Source of the DNA: a virus
Lineage: Duplodnaviria > Heunggongvirae > Uroviricota > Caudoviricetes
Virus record (IMG/VR): IMGVR_UViG_3300045988_117301
Length of the DNA stretch: 41,741 nt
Reading direction: 5' to 3' (one strand)
Below are positions 19,535 to 29,316 of the stretch, piece by piece. The notes beneath the pieces are model-generated. The model was not told the origin of the DNA and ran no database searches. It saw only the letters and a program-made list of their open reading frames with translations. Numbering within the stretch: the first letter of the stretch is position 1; every line of letters starts with the position of its first letter. Made by a program: the position numbers and the translations under genes.

Positions 19535-21043
19535 TTATTCTTCGGACTGGTCGTCGGTGTGCTGCGGCTCCTGTCGTTTCGTTGCGGCACTGCTGCCTCC
19601 TTTATCACTGGCCGGATCGGTATCAAATACCAGATCCAGCTTGCGGTTTTCATCAATTTCGGCCTTGCGCCGACGTTTGACATCATCCGGATTACGACCA
19701 CCAGCACGTACCCAGTCTGATTCTGTCGCCGCTCCACCACGAATCTGGATTTTCCAGGCCTCAGCCTCCTTAACAGGGTCAATCCACGGCATCACTGGTC
19801 CGGAATACACCGCGGTATACAGTGAAGAACGGTCAAGATCGCGGGGTAGCCTGATAACACCGGATGCCACAGCCTGTTTCAGCCAGGCACGATACATCGG
19901 GCGGGTGACGGCACCAATAAACCAGTCCTGCAGGATCAGGTAGCCATCAGTAGATTCAACCAGCTCCTGACGCTGGGCGCTGTAAGTGCCGTTATAGTTG
20001 CGCGCTGTACTGGAAAAACTCAGACGACTGCCCGCCGCCACGGCACGCAACTGACCATTACGAAAAGTTTCAAGGTTAGGATTGGGGCGATCCGACTTCA
20101 CCATTCCGATTTCTTCGCCGGGTTTCAGATCGTCGTAAATAATGCCTGGCTGAATGGTAAGCTCGCGTTCCTTATCCTTGCTGCCATTACCATCCGGTTC
20201 ATAGCTCTGCCCGTCGCCTTTGCGGATGTACATCCCCAGAGCAGCGGCGATCCTTGCTGCAGTCAGCTCATAATCTTCATAATCTTTCAGGGCACTGAGG
20301 CGGATCAGCACACCGGACAACAAAGACGTCCCGCGTATCTGGTGCAGACGGCGAACAAATTTAAGATGCAGCATTCGCTCTGCATCCACTTCTTTGGTTT
20401 CCATCTGCCGTCCGGATACGGGACGGCTTTTATACACCAGATATTTTTCGGGACGCCCCCAGTCATCAACAAACACGCCCTGATTCAGCCTGTTGCTCTC
20501 ATCACTGGTCATGGGAATAAAGTCTGGCTCGAGCGCCTCCAGCCAGAAATGAACACCGGCAGAAGGCGTCAGGCTGTTTATGCGCCCGGAAACCATCTGG
20601 GCAAACACCTCACCATCGCGCAGCCAGGTACGCAGCATCAGACGTTCCAGCATCGGACGGGTAAACTGCCCGGTGACTTCCGGGCTGACAGACCATTCAC
20701 TCCATCGGGTGCGAATCTCCGCTGCCAGATCACGGGCAATGGCCCCATTGCGTAATACCGGATGTGGCTCGACAATAATCCCGTTTTTCCCCACCACCCG
20801 TTCTTCCAGCTTGTCAAATACACCAATAACCAGATCGTGGTTGTTATCAAGGTAACGGGCCTGCTCACGTAACGACACGGCCCCGTACTGGCTTAGCTGG
20901 TCGGCAGTTCGGTTCTCCCGTCGGGCTTTGTGTGTCCGCGTCGTTTTTACGGCTTCATAAGCCTGGATCACCGCACGGGAACGCAGCCTTGCCGCTTTCC
21001 ATCCAGGTGAAAAAACGCCAATCACATCATCAAGAATTGCCAT
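19535..21043 (-). CDS. Portal protein
   Basis: About 500 aa between W-like and capsid genes; start ATG 21043 overlaps the W stop (TGATG). Confidence 0.9.
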   Translation of the reverse strand: MAILDDVIGVFSPGWKAARLRSRAVIQAYEAVKTTRTHKARRENRTADQLSQYGAVSLREQARYLDNNHDLVIGVFDKLEERVVGKNGIIVEPHPVLRNGAIARDLAAEIRTRWSEWSVSPEVTGQFTRPMLERLMLRTWLRDGEVFAQMVSGRINSLTPSAGVHFWLEALEPDFIPMTSDESNRLNQGVFVDDWGRPEKYLVYKSRPVSGRQMETKEVDAERMLHLKFVRRLHQIRGTSLLSGVLIRLSALKDYEDYELTAARIAAALGMYIRKGDGQSYEPDGNGSKDKERELTIQPGIIYDDLKPGEEIGMVKSDRPNPNLETFRNGQLRAVAAGSRLSFSSTARNYNGTYSAQRQELVESTDGYLILQDWFIGAVTRPMYRAWLKQAVASGVIRLPRDLDRSSLYTAVYSGPVMPWIDPVKEAEAWKIQIRGGAATESDWVRAGGRNPDDVKRRRKAEIDENRKLDLVFDTDPASDKGGSSAATKRQEPQHTDDQSEE

Positions 21044-21261
21044 CAGAACCTCGCCAGCCGGTACCCGGGATGCCCCCGTCGTCGTGTAATCAGAGCCGCA
21101 AGGCGGCGCTCCCACTCCTGCCGTCCCTGCCGGATCTCAGATAAGTTTTCCATGGTCATCTGCTGACCATTAAAGGTGACGGATTTTCCGTCCAGCACCG
21201 CCATTTCAGCTTCCATATAACGCTGAATCATGGCTTCGATATCATTCTGGTTCATAACCAT
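21043..21261 (-). CDS. Head-tail joining protein W-like
   Basis: 72 aa ending RRRGHPGYRLARF (compare lambda gpW ...RRRGPAGFYV); between terminase and portal. Confidence 0.7.
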   Translation of the reverse strand: MVMNQNDIEAMIQRYMEAEMAVLDGKSVTFNGQQMTMENLSEIRQGRQEWERRLAALITRRRGHPGYRLARF

Positions 21262-23354
21262 CCTCCGGAAGTCAGCCAGGGGTTAACATCGTCAGTTACT
21301 GTTTTCTTCCGTTTTTGTTTTTTAACAGGCGTGGATACCGGTTCCGGTGAGGATGACGGTTCGGTACTGTCCTGGACACACTCCAGCCAGGTTTCCCGGC
21401 TCGCCCACTCCGGTGCATCCGGCCAGCGGATCTTTTCGTATCCATGCAGAATGACCAGAGCCTCGGCATACACCATCAGGTCAAAAGCTTCGTTGGCACC
21501 GCGACCCGGCTTACTCCATTTCCCGTCACTGCTCCGCTCTTCATACGTCAGTTCGTCGTAAAACCAGCTCCCCAGCCAGTCAGGGAAATGCACATAGCCG
21601 GGACCTGGCGAGTCACGCCATAACGCGTTATTCACCCGGTCTTTCAGTGCATCCGTCTGAAGAAGCCAGAGCAGCACATCACCTGCGGCCTGCGCCCGTC
21701 GGCCCGTTCGTCCGGTGTTATCAGGGAATGTACGGGTGATCAGTTTTGCGCGCCGGATGCTGTCGCCCTTAAACAGGTAAATACGTTTACCAAGGCCATC
21801 ACGACGGCAACGACGCCAGAATTTATAGGCATTATCAGTGACCCCGTCTTCACCGCCGGAGTCCACCGCCATTGCCATCAGTCGCATTTGTTGAGAAGGA
21901 TCGGAGGCCAGCGGCCAGCTTTTATGAAAAACATCCGTCAGCAGGACATCCCAGTCTTCCGGATAGCTGGCCGGATCAATTCGCTGGCTCTCCCCGTCAC
22001 TGTCACCGCGCAATGACTGCGTGATGTTGTAACGATCAATAATCCAGCGTTCGCCACGGCTGCCATAGCCCGTTACCTGAACCACAAAACGGCGATGACG
22101 TCCCGCCTGCACATCCACTGTCGCCACAAGGAAATTAACGCCATCCGGCACACTGCGGGAAGGAACTGGCTCTGCCCGCTGCTCAAGCAGTTCACTTTTT
22201 CGTTGCTCCATGCTGGCGCGGGGAAGATAAGGTAATCCCCAGTCGGTATTGATAACCGTCTTGAGTGTTTCTTCACTTCCGGTTGTCTCGTATTCCTGTT
22301 CTGCAGTAAGCAGTTTGTAAACGAGTTGCGAGAGTGTCTGGTAAGCAGCTGCCGGACCCTCCATCCAGAATGACGCAATACGTGAGCGTCGGGGATCACC
22401 ATAACGACTGCCATCCGCATTGATGGATTCACCATCCCGCAACCAGACCCCACGTCCGTTCAGCTCACGTTTTTGTTCAGGCATAATCCGTCCTGAACAG
22501 GAAGGACACTGAATATAAGCCGCCTCACTTGCCAGCACGGGATCGGCAATATCACGGAAACCAGCAACCACATCGCCGCAGGGCTGAAAATACTCACCAC
22601 AGTGTGGACAGGGCCAGTACCAGCGACGGCGATCACCACGGTTATAGAGCGACAGGATCCCCGTGGTTGGTGGAGCCTCATGCGGTGAAGTCCGTCGCCA
22701 TTTCACATCCTTCACATCCCTGCCGGGGGAACTCTCCACCAGCGTCATACCACTGGACATAAATGTGGTGGTACGTTTTGAGGCAAGAGAGAAAGCATCC
22801 CCCTCGCCATCAATATCTTCCGGAAAACGGTCATAATCCGTCAGCGCGACGCATTTATAATCTGATGAGGACATGATATTGACTGACGGCCAGCCGATTT
22901 TCAGGTAGTTACCAGCAAGGAATGTTCTGTCATAAACGTTGTTGTCATTTTTGTTCGGACTCAGGCGACTGACCACTTCCGGGCTGACGCGAAACGTTCT
23001 GGCGAGTCGTTTTTTGGAGTGTTCGCGGGCTTTTTCCTCCGTCATCTGAATGATCAGCATATCAGCAGGATCGCAAATCACGTTGTAAATCACCCAGCCG
23101 TCAATCAGGCCGATAGTCTTGCCGGTTCGTGCCGGGCCAACAAATATCACTGCGTCGTATTCACGCGAGGCCAGGCAGTTCATCGGCTCAATAACATACG
23201 GTGCCACCAGCGGATCCCACGGGACTGAGTTCCCTGCCCCCATGGGCACCCGCATATACTGAGCAACGGCATCAGCAACCCGCATTCGTCTCGGTGCGCG
23301 AAGGATATAACCTGAATCGGTTCGTGCTGCCTTTGCGGTTTCCTGATTCAGCAT
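21252..23354 (-). CDS. Terminase large subunit (lambda gpA-like)
   Basis: 700 aa; ATPase Walker A (VGPARTGKT), Zn-finger-like CPHCGEYFQPC, C-terminal nuclease region; ATG 23354 overlaps terS stop. Confidence 0.95.
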   Translation of the reverse strand: MLNQETAKAARTDSGYILRAPRRMRVADAVAQYMRVPMGAGNSVPWDPLVAPYVIEPMNCLASREYDAVIFVGPARTGKTIGLIDGWVIYNVICDPADMLIIQMTEEKAREHSKKRLARTFRVSPEVVSRLSPNKNDNNVYDRTFLAGNYLKIGWPSVNIMSSSDYKCVALTDYDRFPEDIDGEGDAFSLASKRTTTFMSSGMTLVESSPGRDVKDVKWRRTSPHEAPPTTGILSLYNRGDRRRWYWPCPHCGEYFQPCGDVVAGFRDIADPVLASEAAYIQCPSCSGRIMPEQKRELNGRGVWLRDGESINADGSRYGDPRRSRIASFWMEGPAAAYQTLSQLVYKLLTAEQEYETTGSEETLKTVINTDWGLPYLPRASMEQRKSELLEQRAEPVPSRSVPDGVNFLVATVDVQAGRHRRFVVQVTGYGSRGERWIIDRYNITQSLRGDSDGESQRIDPASYPEDWDVLLTDVFHKSWPLASDPSQQMRLMAMAVDSGGEDGVTDNAYKFWRRCRRDGLGKRIYLFKGDSIRRAKLITRTFPDNTGRTGRRAQAAGDVLLWLLQTDALKDRVNNALWRDSPGPGYVHFPDWLGSWFYDELTYEERSSDGKWSKPGRGANEAFDLMVYAEALVILHGYEKIRWPDAPEWASRETWLECVQDSTEPSSSPEPVSTPVKKQKRKKTVTDDVNPWLTSGGWL

Positions 23355-23845
23355 TACTCCTCCTGCTGTAATTCCTCCTCATCATCCGCACCTGCTTCGG
23401 TCACCCGCAGGGCTATCTGATCGCGCAGATCATCAATAATGGACTGAACACGGCTCACAGCGGCAGGCTGCAGACCGCAGTCACGTTCCAGAATATCCGG
23501 TAATGTCTCCAGCACCTGCACGACCGCTTTTGCCCAGATGGCAAACTCCCGTCTGACATCACTGGCCGGAATGAGTTGTGCCGTTTCCTGTTCGAACTTA
23601 AGACGCTCACGTTCAGACTGATACCAGGCTTTGCGTTCATGTGGATCCATTTCGCCCTCAGCAACCGGCGGTGGTAACCCCATAAATTCAGTCAGAATAT
23701 CGGTCAACCGGTATAGCTTGAGTTTGTCATGTCCACCAGCGGGACGAATGTTTTTCAGTCTTGCCACGACAGTCTGGCGGTGCAGACCAGATAAAGCCGC
23801 CAGTTGATTAATATTCAGCACCAGGTTTTTCAACTCATGATCCAT
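23354..23845 (-). CDS. Terminase small subunit (Nu1-like, HTH DNA-binding)
   Basis: 163 aa with N-terminal HTH (LNINQLAALSGLHRQTVVARL); Shine-Dalgarno GGAGG; about 185 bp downstream of the cosN-like sequence. Confidence 0.75.
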   Translation of the reverse strand: MDHELKNLVLNINQLAALSGLHRQTVVARLKNIRPAGGHDKLKLYRLTDILTEFMGLPPPVAEGEMDPHERKAWYQSERERLKFEQETAQLIPASDVRREFAIWAKAVVQVLETLPDILERDCGLQPAAVSRVQSIIDDLRDQIALRVTEAGADDEEELQQEE

Positions 23846-23899
23846 ATTTCCTCCGGAGAGCTTTAAACATGCATCGTGCGAACAACTTTAAGAAAACGC

Positions 23900-24040
23900 G
23901 TTCGATGTCGAACAAAAAACACTCAATTCGACATGCAAAAAACAAATAACCATTAATAATCAATAAGATGCAAAGATGATGGTGGCCGATAAAAATGCAA
24001 AAACTAGCCTTTTTCCGCGACGCTCCCGCCCCGTGGCAGG
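23900..24040 (-). other. cos region: cosN-like GC-rich element (about 24015-24035) and cosB with inverted TCGACAT motifs (23901-23935)
   Basis: Minus strand reads GGGGCGGGAGCGTCGCGGAAAAAGG..., resembling lambda left end GGGCGGCGACCTCGCGGGTTTTCG; spacing to terS start about 185 bp as in lambda. Confidence 0.5.
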
Positions 24041-24583
24041 CCACCCCACCGGGAGGACCCGTCAGCCTGACAGCCATGACGAACGTCTGATACAGCGCCT
24101 TGCATGAATGGCATCGGGATAATCCAGAAAGGAATAGCATCGTGCCCACAAGAATCTGTGTGAGTATCCTGTTTCTTCCACCCCCGCACAGGACTGGCGA
24201 GCATGAGGGACAAACCCGCGAACCATAAACGCGGTAAAAACCCGGTGTGCATCGTTTTTGATTATTCCCGCACACTCTCGCAGAAGGAGTTCCCCGTCGG
24301 GCTACGGTCTCTGTTAATACGGGAATACGGCGACGATACAGCGCATGATGTGTCAGGCTTGAATACCTTTATCCGTTAAAAGGGATATCAGTTAAGTTAT
24401 CCCGTGTAGGGTATAAGCCATTGTCGAGACCACTCATTGAATGGCCTCTGCAATAACCGATGTCTTTCCATCAGTCCGCCACCACAAAGAATCTTTTTTG
24501 CCATAAGGCTGGAGGTTCATCTTTCAGTGGCTGCCAGTGTTATTTCCCCACTTACTGGCTTGGGTTGTTTCGCTGTACTGCCG

Positions 24584-25126
24584 TTAATTGGTGAGTCCGG
24601 GGATTACGGTTTGCCCGTGCTGTTCAAGGCGTTCAATTCTCGCCAGTAGCTGAGGCTTCTTAATTTTTCCCCAGCGATTAAGCAGGCGGCCTGACATGCT
24701 GGCAACATCCTTCTCTTTCATGTACTCCAGCATTACGGCATTTCTCTCTTCTTCAAATTGACGATGACCAACCTGAAGCATGGCGTACATCCAGTTGAAT
24801 GCGTTGATGTAAGCAATTTTGATACGCATTGCTTCTTTTTTGGTGTAGGACATAACCAAAAGCATCAACCCATCCTTGCGGAGACGGTAGAATTTTTGCG
24901 GCTTACCATTCTGTAACTCATTGTTTTTATAGCAAAGCTCAAAATTGAGCTTTGTATCAAACTCAGGAGGGCAAGCTTCTATGGTTCGTTCAATGTCACG
25001 AACCACGTTCTTCGGCAGCTTTCCAAATGCTTTTGCCACCATAAAAGAATCTGTAACCGGATCGTTGTTTGCTACAAAAATTAGGTCTCTGAAATCTATA
25101 TCGTTAACAACGGTTGGGTAGTTCAT
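24584..25126 (-). CDS. Rha-family phage regulatory protein (moron between lysis and packaging genes)
   Basis: 180 aa; N-terminal FVANNDPVTDSFMVAKAFGKLPKNVVRDIE matches the Rha domain signature. Confidence 0.75.
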   Translation of the reverse strand: MNYPTVVNDIDFRDLIFVANNDPVTDSFMVAKAFGKLPKNVVRDIERTIEACPPEFDTKLNFELCYKNNELQNGKPQKFYRLRKDGLMLLVMSYTKKEAMRIKIAYINAFNWMYAMLQVGHRQFEEERNAVMLEYMKEKDVASMSGRLLNRWGKIKKPQLLARIERLEQHGQTVIPGLTN

Positions 25127-25274
25127 TGCGTCTTTACCTTTTAGAAAGATGAGCCTGTTCGCACAGAAAAGCCGTCCCCGAGATGGTCGCCACCATATAC
25201 GGCAATTCTCAGGCTCAGCTTTCTGAAAGACTCGGGATTGTTACGCGCTGCGATGCGCGGTTTACTGCAGATGT

Positions 25275-25298
25275 AAAAAAGCCCCGCGAATGCGAGGC
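25275..25298 (-). terminator. Rho-independent terminator after the lysis cassette
   Basis: Minus strand hairpin (plus 25281-25298 gccccgcgaatgcgaggc) followed by TTTTTT (plus A-run 25275-25280). Confidence 0.45.
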
Positions 25299-25473
25299 TA
25301 AATCCTGGTATTTGTAATGAACTGGCTCTTATCTCAACGCAGCCCCTTACCGCGCGCCATATGCTCAACTTCAAGCATCAGCAATGAGATGTTTAATCTG
25401 GATTCACTCCAGAAGTGAGCACCACCCTGTCTACAGAGCCAGATGTGAAGGATGATGAGTAAAATTATCGCTA

Positions 25474-25941
25474 TCATCGAAGGCATTGCGTCCTGATGTA
25501 TTCCTGAAGCGTTCTCAGTGCTGTCTGGTCTCTGATGATTCCGTCCCGGATACCGAGAACGTTTCGTCCAGCAACTGGAGAGAGTTCGACGGTGGCATCA
25601 TTGCCCATGCCGGAGGCGCTGGAGGTTTCGGCTGAGGATGGCACAGAGCATTTTCCTTTGACGAGCACCCGACCACCATTATCAAGCTTGCGCCGAAGAG
25701 CATCATTTTCAGCTTTCGCATCAGCCAACTCCTTCGTGTATTTAGCATCGAGTACATCAGCAGCACGCTGGCGTTGCTGCATGTCAGTAATGGTGGCGGT
25801 CGCCTGCTTCAGCTCACTGACTTTTTTATCACGCTGTTCTTTGTAGGCGATGGCGTTATCACGGTAATGATTGACCGCCCACGACAGGCAGACGATGATG
25901 CAGATAACCAGAGCATAAATAATCGCGGCGACTCTGCTCAC
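25474..25941 (-). CDS. Rz: Spanin inner-membrane subunit Rz
   Basis: Start GTG 25941 overlapping endolysin stop (GTGA); (V)[33 protein letters not shown]... closely matches lambda Rz as recalled. Confidence 0.85.
   Translation of the reverse strand: MSRVAAIIYALVICIIVCLSWAVNHYRDNAIAYKEQRDKKVSELKQATATITDMQQRQRAADVLDAKYTKELADAKAENDALRRKLDNGGRVLVKGKCSVPSSAETSSASGMGNDATVELSPVAGRNVLGIRDGIIRDQTALRTLQEYIRTQCLR
25515..25721 (-). CDS. Rz1: Spanin outer-membrane lipoprotein Rz1, embedded in +1 frame within Rz
   Basis: [21 protein letters not shown]... with lipobox VVGC and Pro-rich PKPPAPPAW, like lambda Rz1. Confidence 0.75.
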   Translation of the reverse strand: MRKLKMMLFGASLIMVVGCSSKENALCHPQPKPPAPPAWAMMPPSNSLQLLDETFSVSGTESSETRQH

Positions 25942-26471
25942 TGATCTATCCCCCAACAGGCTAATGCGCTTTCCTGGTCACGACGAATAACCTGTCCATA
26001 GCAGTTATTTGAACGTATGCGGCAATCGCGCCCACCATCTTTTATCCACCAGCGAATCGCCTCGCATGCACTCTTACGATCACCGGCATTCAGCCGCTTA
26101 TAAAACGTCGACGGGAAACACTTACCGGGGCCAATGTTATAGGGACAAAATGACGCTATACCCGCTTTCTGTGGTTCGGTCAGTGGTACTTTAATATTGC
26201 GCTCCACCCATGCCAGCGCCTTATCACGTTCAATAGCGTTAACCTGGTCGCATTTTTCCTTCGACAGCTTCATTCCCGGTATGACGGGCTTACCATCCAC
26301 CATTGTGGCACCACGACAGATGGTCCATATACCGGAACCATCGCGGTATGCCGTAGTGTGGTTACCCTCTTTTTCATCCAGAAACTGGTCAAGTATTTGA
26401 GGAGCAGACGAGCCTGCAGCAATCAGCGCCAGAACGGCAGCCGACAGGCCGTATCTGATTTTTGCGTTCAT
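25938..26471 (-). CDS. SAR endolysin (T4-lysozyme-like muramidase with N-terminal signal-anchor-release domain)
   Basis: 177 aa; N-terminal weakly hydrophobic Gly/Ala-rich segment [18 protein letters not shown]; lysozyme core; partner of a pinholin. Confidence 0.9.
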   Translation of the reverse strand: MNAKIRYGLSAAVLALIAAGSSAPQILDQFLDEKEGNHTTAYRDGSGIWTICRGATMVDGKPVIPGMKLSKEKCDQVNAIERDKALAWVERNIKVPLTEPQKAGIASFCPYNIGPGKCFPSTFYKRLNAGDRKSACEAIRWWIKDGGRDCRIRSNNCYGQVIRRDQESALACWGIDQ

Positions 26472-26534
26472 GGATATTTATCAGGATTTATCGGTTTCTG
26501 CCCACGGACAGGTTTATCTGTTCCGGTCAGTGAC

Positions 26535-26885
26535 TTAAGGTTGTGATTCCGGAGGAGTCTTCAGAGAACCAGTAATTCTTCCTGGTAGCTTTCCTTTGTA
26601 GGTTATCCACACATTCTGCGCATCTAAAATTACGGGGCGCTTTTCCGGCGACTGCTCATCCCCTTCACATAACCCGGCAGCAACATCCAGGAAGACCTGT
26701 CTGATGCTCCTTCTGGCTGCTGCCTCATAAAACTCCAGCGCGGCACCTTCAACACGGTCCAGCGAGATGTCCAGGTCAAAAATTTCACCGTCAAAGCGTT
26801 TTTTGTCCCGTAACGCTACAGTTACCGTAACTTTATTCTCAAAATTGCGGATCCCTTTCACAATCAGTTCATAGTTTTGAGTCAT
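26535..26885 (-). CDS. Uncharacterized protein inserted between holin and endolysin (YdfR/DUF1327-like)
   Basis: 116 aa, ATG 26885 with Shine-Dalgarno GGGGAGAG overlapping the holin 3' end; no TM segment; recalled similarity to Qin prophage YdfR, which sits between essQ and rrrQ. Confidence 0.6.
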   Translation of the reverse strand: MTQNYELIVKGIRNFENKVTVTVALRDKKRFDGEIFDLDISLDRVEGAALEFYEAAARRSIRQVFLDVAAGLCEGDEQSPEKRPVILDAQNVWITYKGKLPGRITGSLKTPPESQP

Positions 26886-26889
26886 TGAA

Positions 26890-27105
26890 TTACTCTCCCC
26901 GTGCAGCCTTACGCTTGTCTTCTTTAATCTTGAAATAAAGGTTTGTCAGATACGTCAGCAAGCCAAATACCAGACTACCCAGCACACCTATTGCCGCCCA
27001 CTGTGAGGGCGTGACTTTATCGAGCAACTGTAAAAACCAGTACCCGGCACTACCTGCTGAGGTGCCATAGGCGACACCCGTTGTTAACTTATCCATGGAT
27101 TTCAT
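26890..27105 (-). CDS. Pinholin, phage 21 S-type, with dual-start motif
   Basis: [71 protein letters not shown] closely matches S21 as recalled; two ATGs (27105 and 27096) separated by Lys-Ser give antiholin/holin forms. Confidence 0.85.
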
Positions 27106-27140
27106 AACCCCACCTCGCAGATGCGGGTGCTGTGTAATGG

Positions 27141-27166
27141 AAATAAAAAGGCCACCTGACGTGGCC
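27141..27166 (-). terminator. Rho-independent terminator between the methyltransferase moron and the holin
   Basis: Minus strand GGCCAC-gtcag-GTGGCC followed by TTTTTATTT. Confidence 0.5.
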
Positions 27167-27172
27167 ACCAGA

Positions 27173-28225
27173 TTATTTCCCCACCAGCTCGTTTATCTCT
27201 TTCACTGTCTGGTTAAACCGCTCTGACTCAAGCTCAACACCTAAGGCCCGACGCCCCAGCGCCATTGCTGCTTTTATTGTGGAACCGGAGCCCATAAAAA
27301 AATCAGCAACCAGATCACCTGGTCGACTACTGGCATTGATTATTTGCCTGAGCATATCCGCCGGTTTCTCACACGGATGTTTCCCCGGGTAGAACTGAAC
27401 GGGTTTATGCATCCAGACGTCGGTATAAGGCACGGAAACTGATACGGAGAAATAGCGCCGGAGAGTTTTAAACTCATCCAGCAATTCATAATATTTGCGA
27501 TTCAGTGAATCATAAGATGCCACCAGCTGGTGGTGTGGTTGTTCCAGTTGTTTTTCCTGAAACTTCTCTGCCGCTATACGGGAAAACAGTGCCTGCAACT
27601 TCCGGTAGTCAGCCTCATTCGGCAACTGCCACTGACTGGCACCAAACCAGTGGGAAACCATATTTTTCTTACCAGTGGCTTCGGCAATCTGTTTTGCCGT
27701 TATACCCAGTTCGGCACGAGCATCCCTGAAATACGATATCAGCGGTGCCATTATGTGCTGTTTGAGTTCCCTTTCTTTTGCCGCATAGCCGTCACTTTTG
27801 CCGCGATATGGCCCCTGGTAATGTTCAGCAAACAGAACGCGCTCTGTGGCAGGAAAATATGCGCGCAGACTTTCTTTATTACACCCATTCCAACGTCCGG
27901 ACGGCTTCGCCCAGATGATATGGTTAAGCACGTTGAAACGTTCACGCATCATGATCTCAATATCAGATGCCAGGCGATGCCCACAGAACAGGTAAAGGCT
28001 TCCGGCAGGTTTCAACACCCGCCAGAACTGGGCCAGACAGTGGTCCAGCCACTTAAGGTAATCTTCGTCCCCTTTCCACTGATTGTCCCAGCCGTTGGGT
28101 TTCACCTTGAAGTAAGGCGGATCGGTAACAATCAGGTCAATGGAATCATCAGGCAGGGACTGAATAAAATGCAGGCAATCAGCGTTGATTAAATCAACAC
28201 TGTTTATTTTTACAGTATTTTTCAT
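27173..28225 (-). CDS. Orphan DNA methyltransferase, beta-class (DPPY motif; likely N6-adenine)
   Basis: 350 aa; motif [10 protein letters not shown] near N-terminus, AdoMet motif FFMGSGST near C-terminus; no adjacent restriction endonuclease. Confidence 0.85.
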
Positions 28226-28375
28226 GGATCAGTAAGCGTAACTCTGGTAGGCTCACTCTGCTTTTGCGCTAAAGCAGTGGGCCGTGGTTCGCTTGTGACC
28301 AGTAGGCATGAGCGAATGGCTGGCAGGTGCTACCAACACCCACCAGCCGCCCATTTTCACAGCAGGAAACCGCCA

Positions 28376-28603
28376 TTACTGGCAGCGTCTGAATTTATTC
28401 CCGTACCCGCCGTTATCCTTCGCCAGACCCGCCAGAACTAACTGAGTCAGTATTAACTGGCACCGGGCTTCGCTTACTCCGGTAGTTCTCGTCATCATGC
28501 GTGGCGTTACCCACTTGTCAGCAGGTAAGAAATGAAGGACTGCGGCGGCGGTTTCTGTCATATCTTGCTGTTTTAGCATGTCTTTTTCCCTTCTGGTTAA
28601 CAT
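28376..28603 (-). CDS. Hypothetical small protein, possible winged-helix regulator
   Basis: 75-aa ORF with ATG start upstream of the methyltransferase; helix-rich segment TGVSEARCQLILTQLVLAGLAKD. Confidence 0.4.
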   Translation of the reverse strand: MLTRREKDMLKQQDMTETAAAVLHFLPADKWVTPRMMTRTTGVSEARCQLILTQLVLAGLAKDNGGYGNKFRRCQ

Positions 28604-28849
28604 GACATACCAATAACTCTTGTCTAAAAAGCCAGCAAGATAAAAGGTCAGTATTCACGACCACCAGCGTGTTTACTGTACTGCACCAAGTTTACAGGTA
28701 CAAAAAAACCGCTCAGCGGCGGGTTTAAGTTGTGTGGCGAAGTAACCACTCTTAACAGCATATTTGATTTTTTACGATTGTAAACGGTTGATTATTCATC
28801 TCCAATAAAAATAATTGTGTAGGTATGCCCTTAACAATGGATAAGAAAC

Positions 28850-29296
28850 ATGAATAAAATGACTGTACTATTACTTAGCGCAACTATCATTTCAGGTTGT
28901 ACTTCTTCCGTACCATTGATAAAAAAAACTCAATCAGGAAAACCTGAGGGGGTTTATCAAAATACGACAAAAGATAAAGTCAAAGATGCCCTTGTGAATT
29001 ACTGCAATAGTAGAGGGTTGATAATTTACAACGCTGATAACAGCAGTGTTATATGTGGTAAAGAACTGGAAGGCGGGTCTGCTGTTTTTGGACAAATGTT
29101 AATCGGCAATGCCTATTCAACAACCCCGGTATCAAAAGTCAGATTTACTATCGCTCAAGTTAATAACGATACAAAAGTGTGGGCCGATATGTGGATGGAA
29201 ACTCAAATGGCAATGGGGCAAGTACAACAAATGGCTATAACAGACAACGCAAGCAAAAACACTATCCAACAACGTCTTGATGAATTAAAACCTTAA
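28850..29296 (+). CDS. AT-rich moron lipoprotein
   Basis: 148 aa; signal peptide with lipobox IISGC (Cys17); markedly AT-rich codon usage; opposite strand to surrounding late genes. Confidence 0.65.
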   Translation: MNKMTVLLLSATIISGCTSSVPLIKKTQSGKPEGVYQNTTKDKVKDALVNYCNSRGLIIYNADNSSVICGKELEGGSAVFGQMLIGNAYSTTPVSKVRFTIAQVNNDTKVWADMWMETQMAMGQVQQMAITDNASKNTIQQRLDELKP

Positions 29297-29316
29297 GTAA
29301 ATTAATTAAATAAAAT

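Noticed and set aside
19535-21115. Portal start at 21115 and capsid start at 19782 as given in the ORF track
   Set aside because: Those starts would overlap the upstream genes by 70-250 nt; in-frame ATGs at 21043 and 19521 sit immediately after the upstream stop codons, so the shorter forms were preferred.
23835-24275. 146-aa and 82-aa minus-strand ORFs upstream of the small terminase gene
   Set aside because: The region is better explained as the cos site; the translations are Cys/Gly-rich and low complexity with no ribosome-binding site.
25141-25374. 77-aa minus-strand ORF between the Rha moron and Rz
   Set aside because: It overlaps the predicted terminator hairpin and lacks a Shine-Dalgarno; likely non-coding intergenic sequence.
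28226-28375. Possible tRNA gene in the Q-S region, as seen in some Stx-type phages
   Set aside because: No cloverleaf-compatible segment with a T-loop (GTTCRANYC) or acceptor-stem pairing was found by eye here or elsewhere in the window; a tRNAscan run would be needed to be sure.
28850-29296. Toxin cargo (for example Shiga toxin) at the Q-S hotspot
   Set aside because: The only cargo ORFs are a lipoprotein, a small protein and a methyltransferase; nothing resembling toxin A/B subunits.
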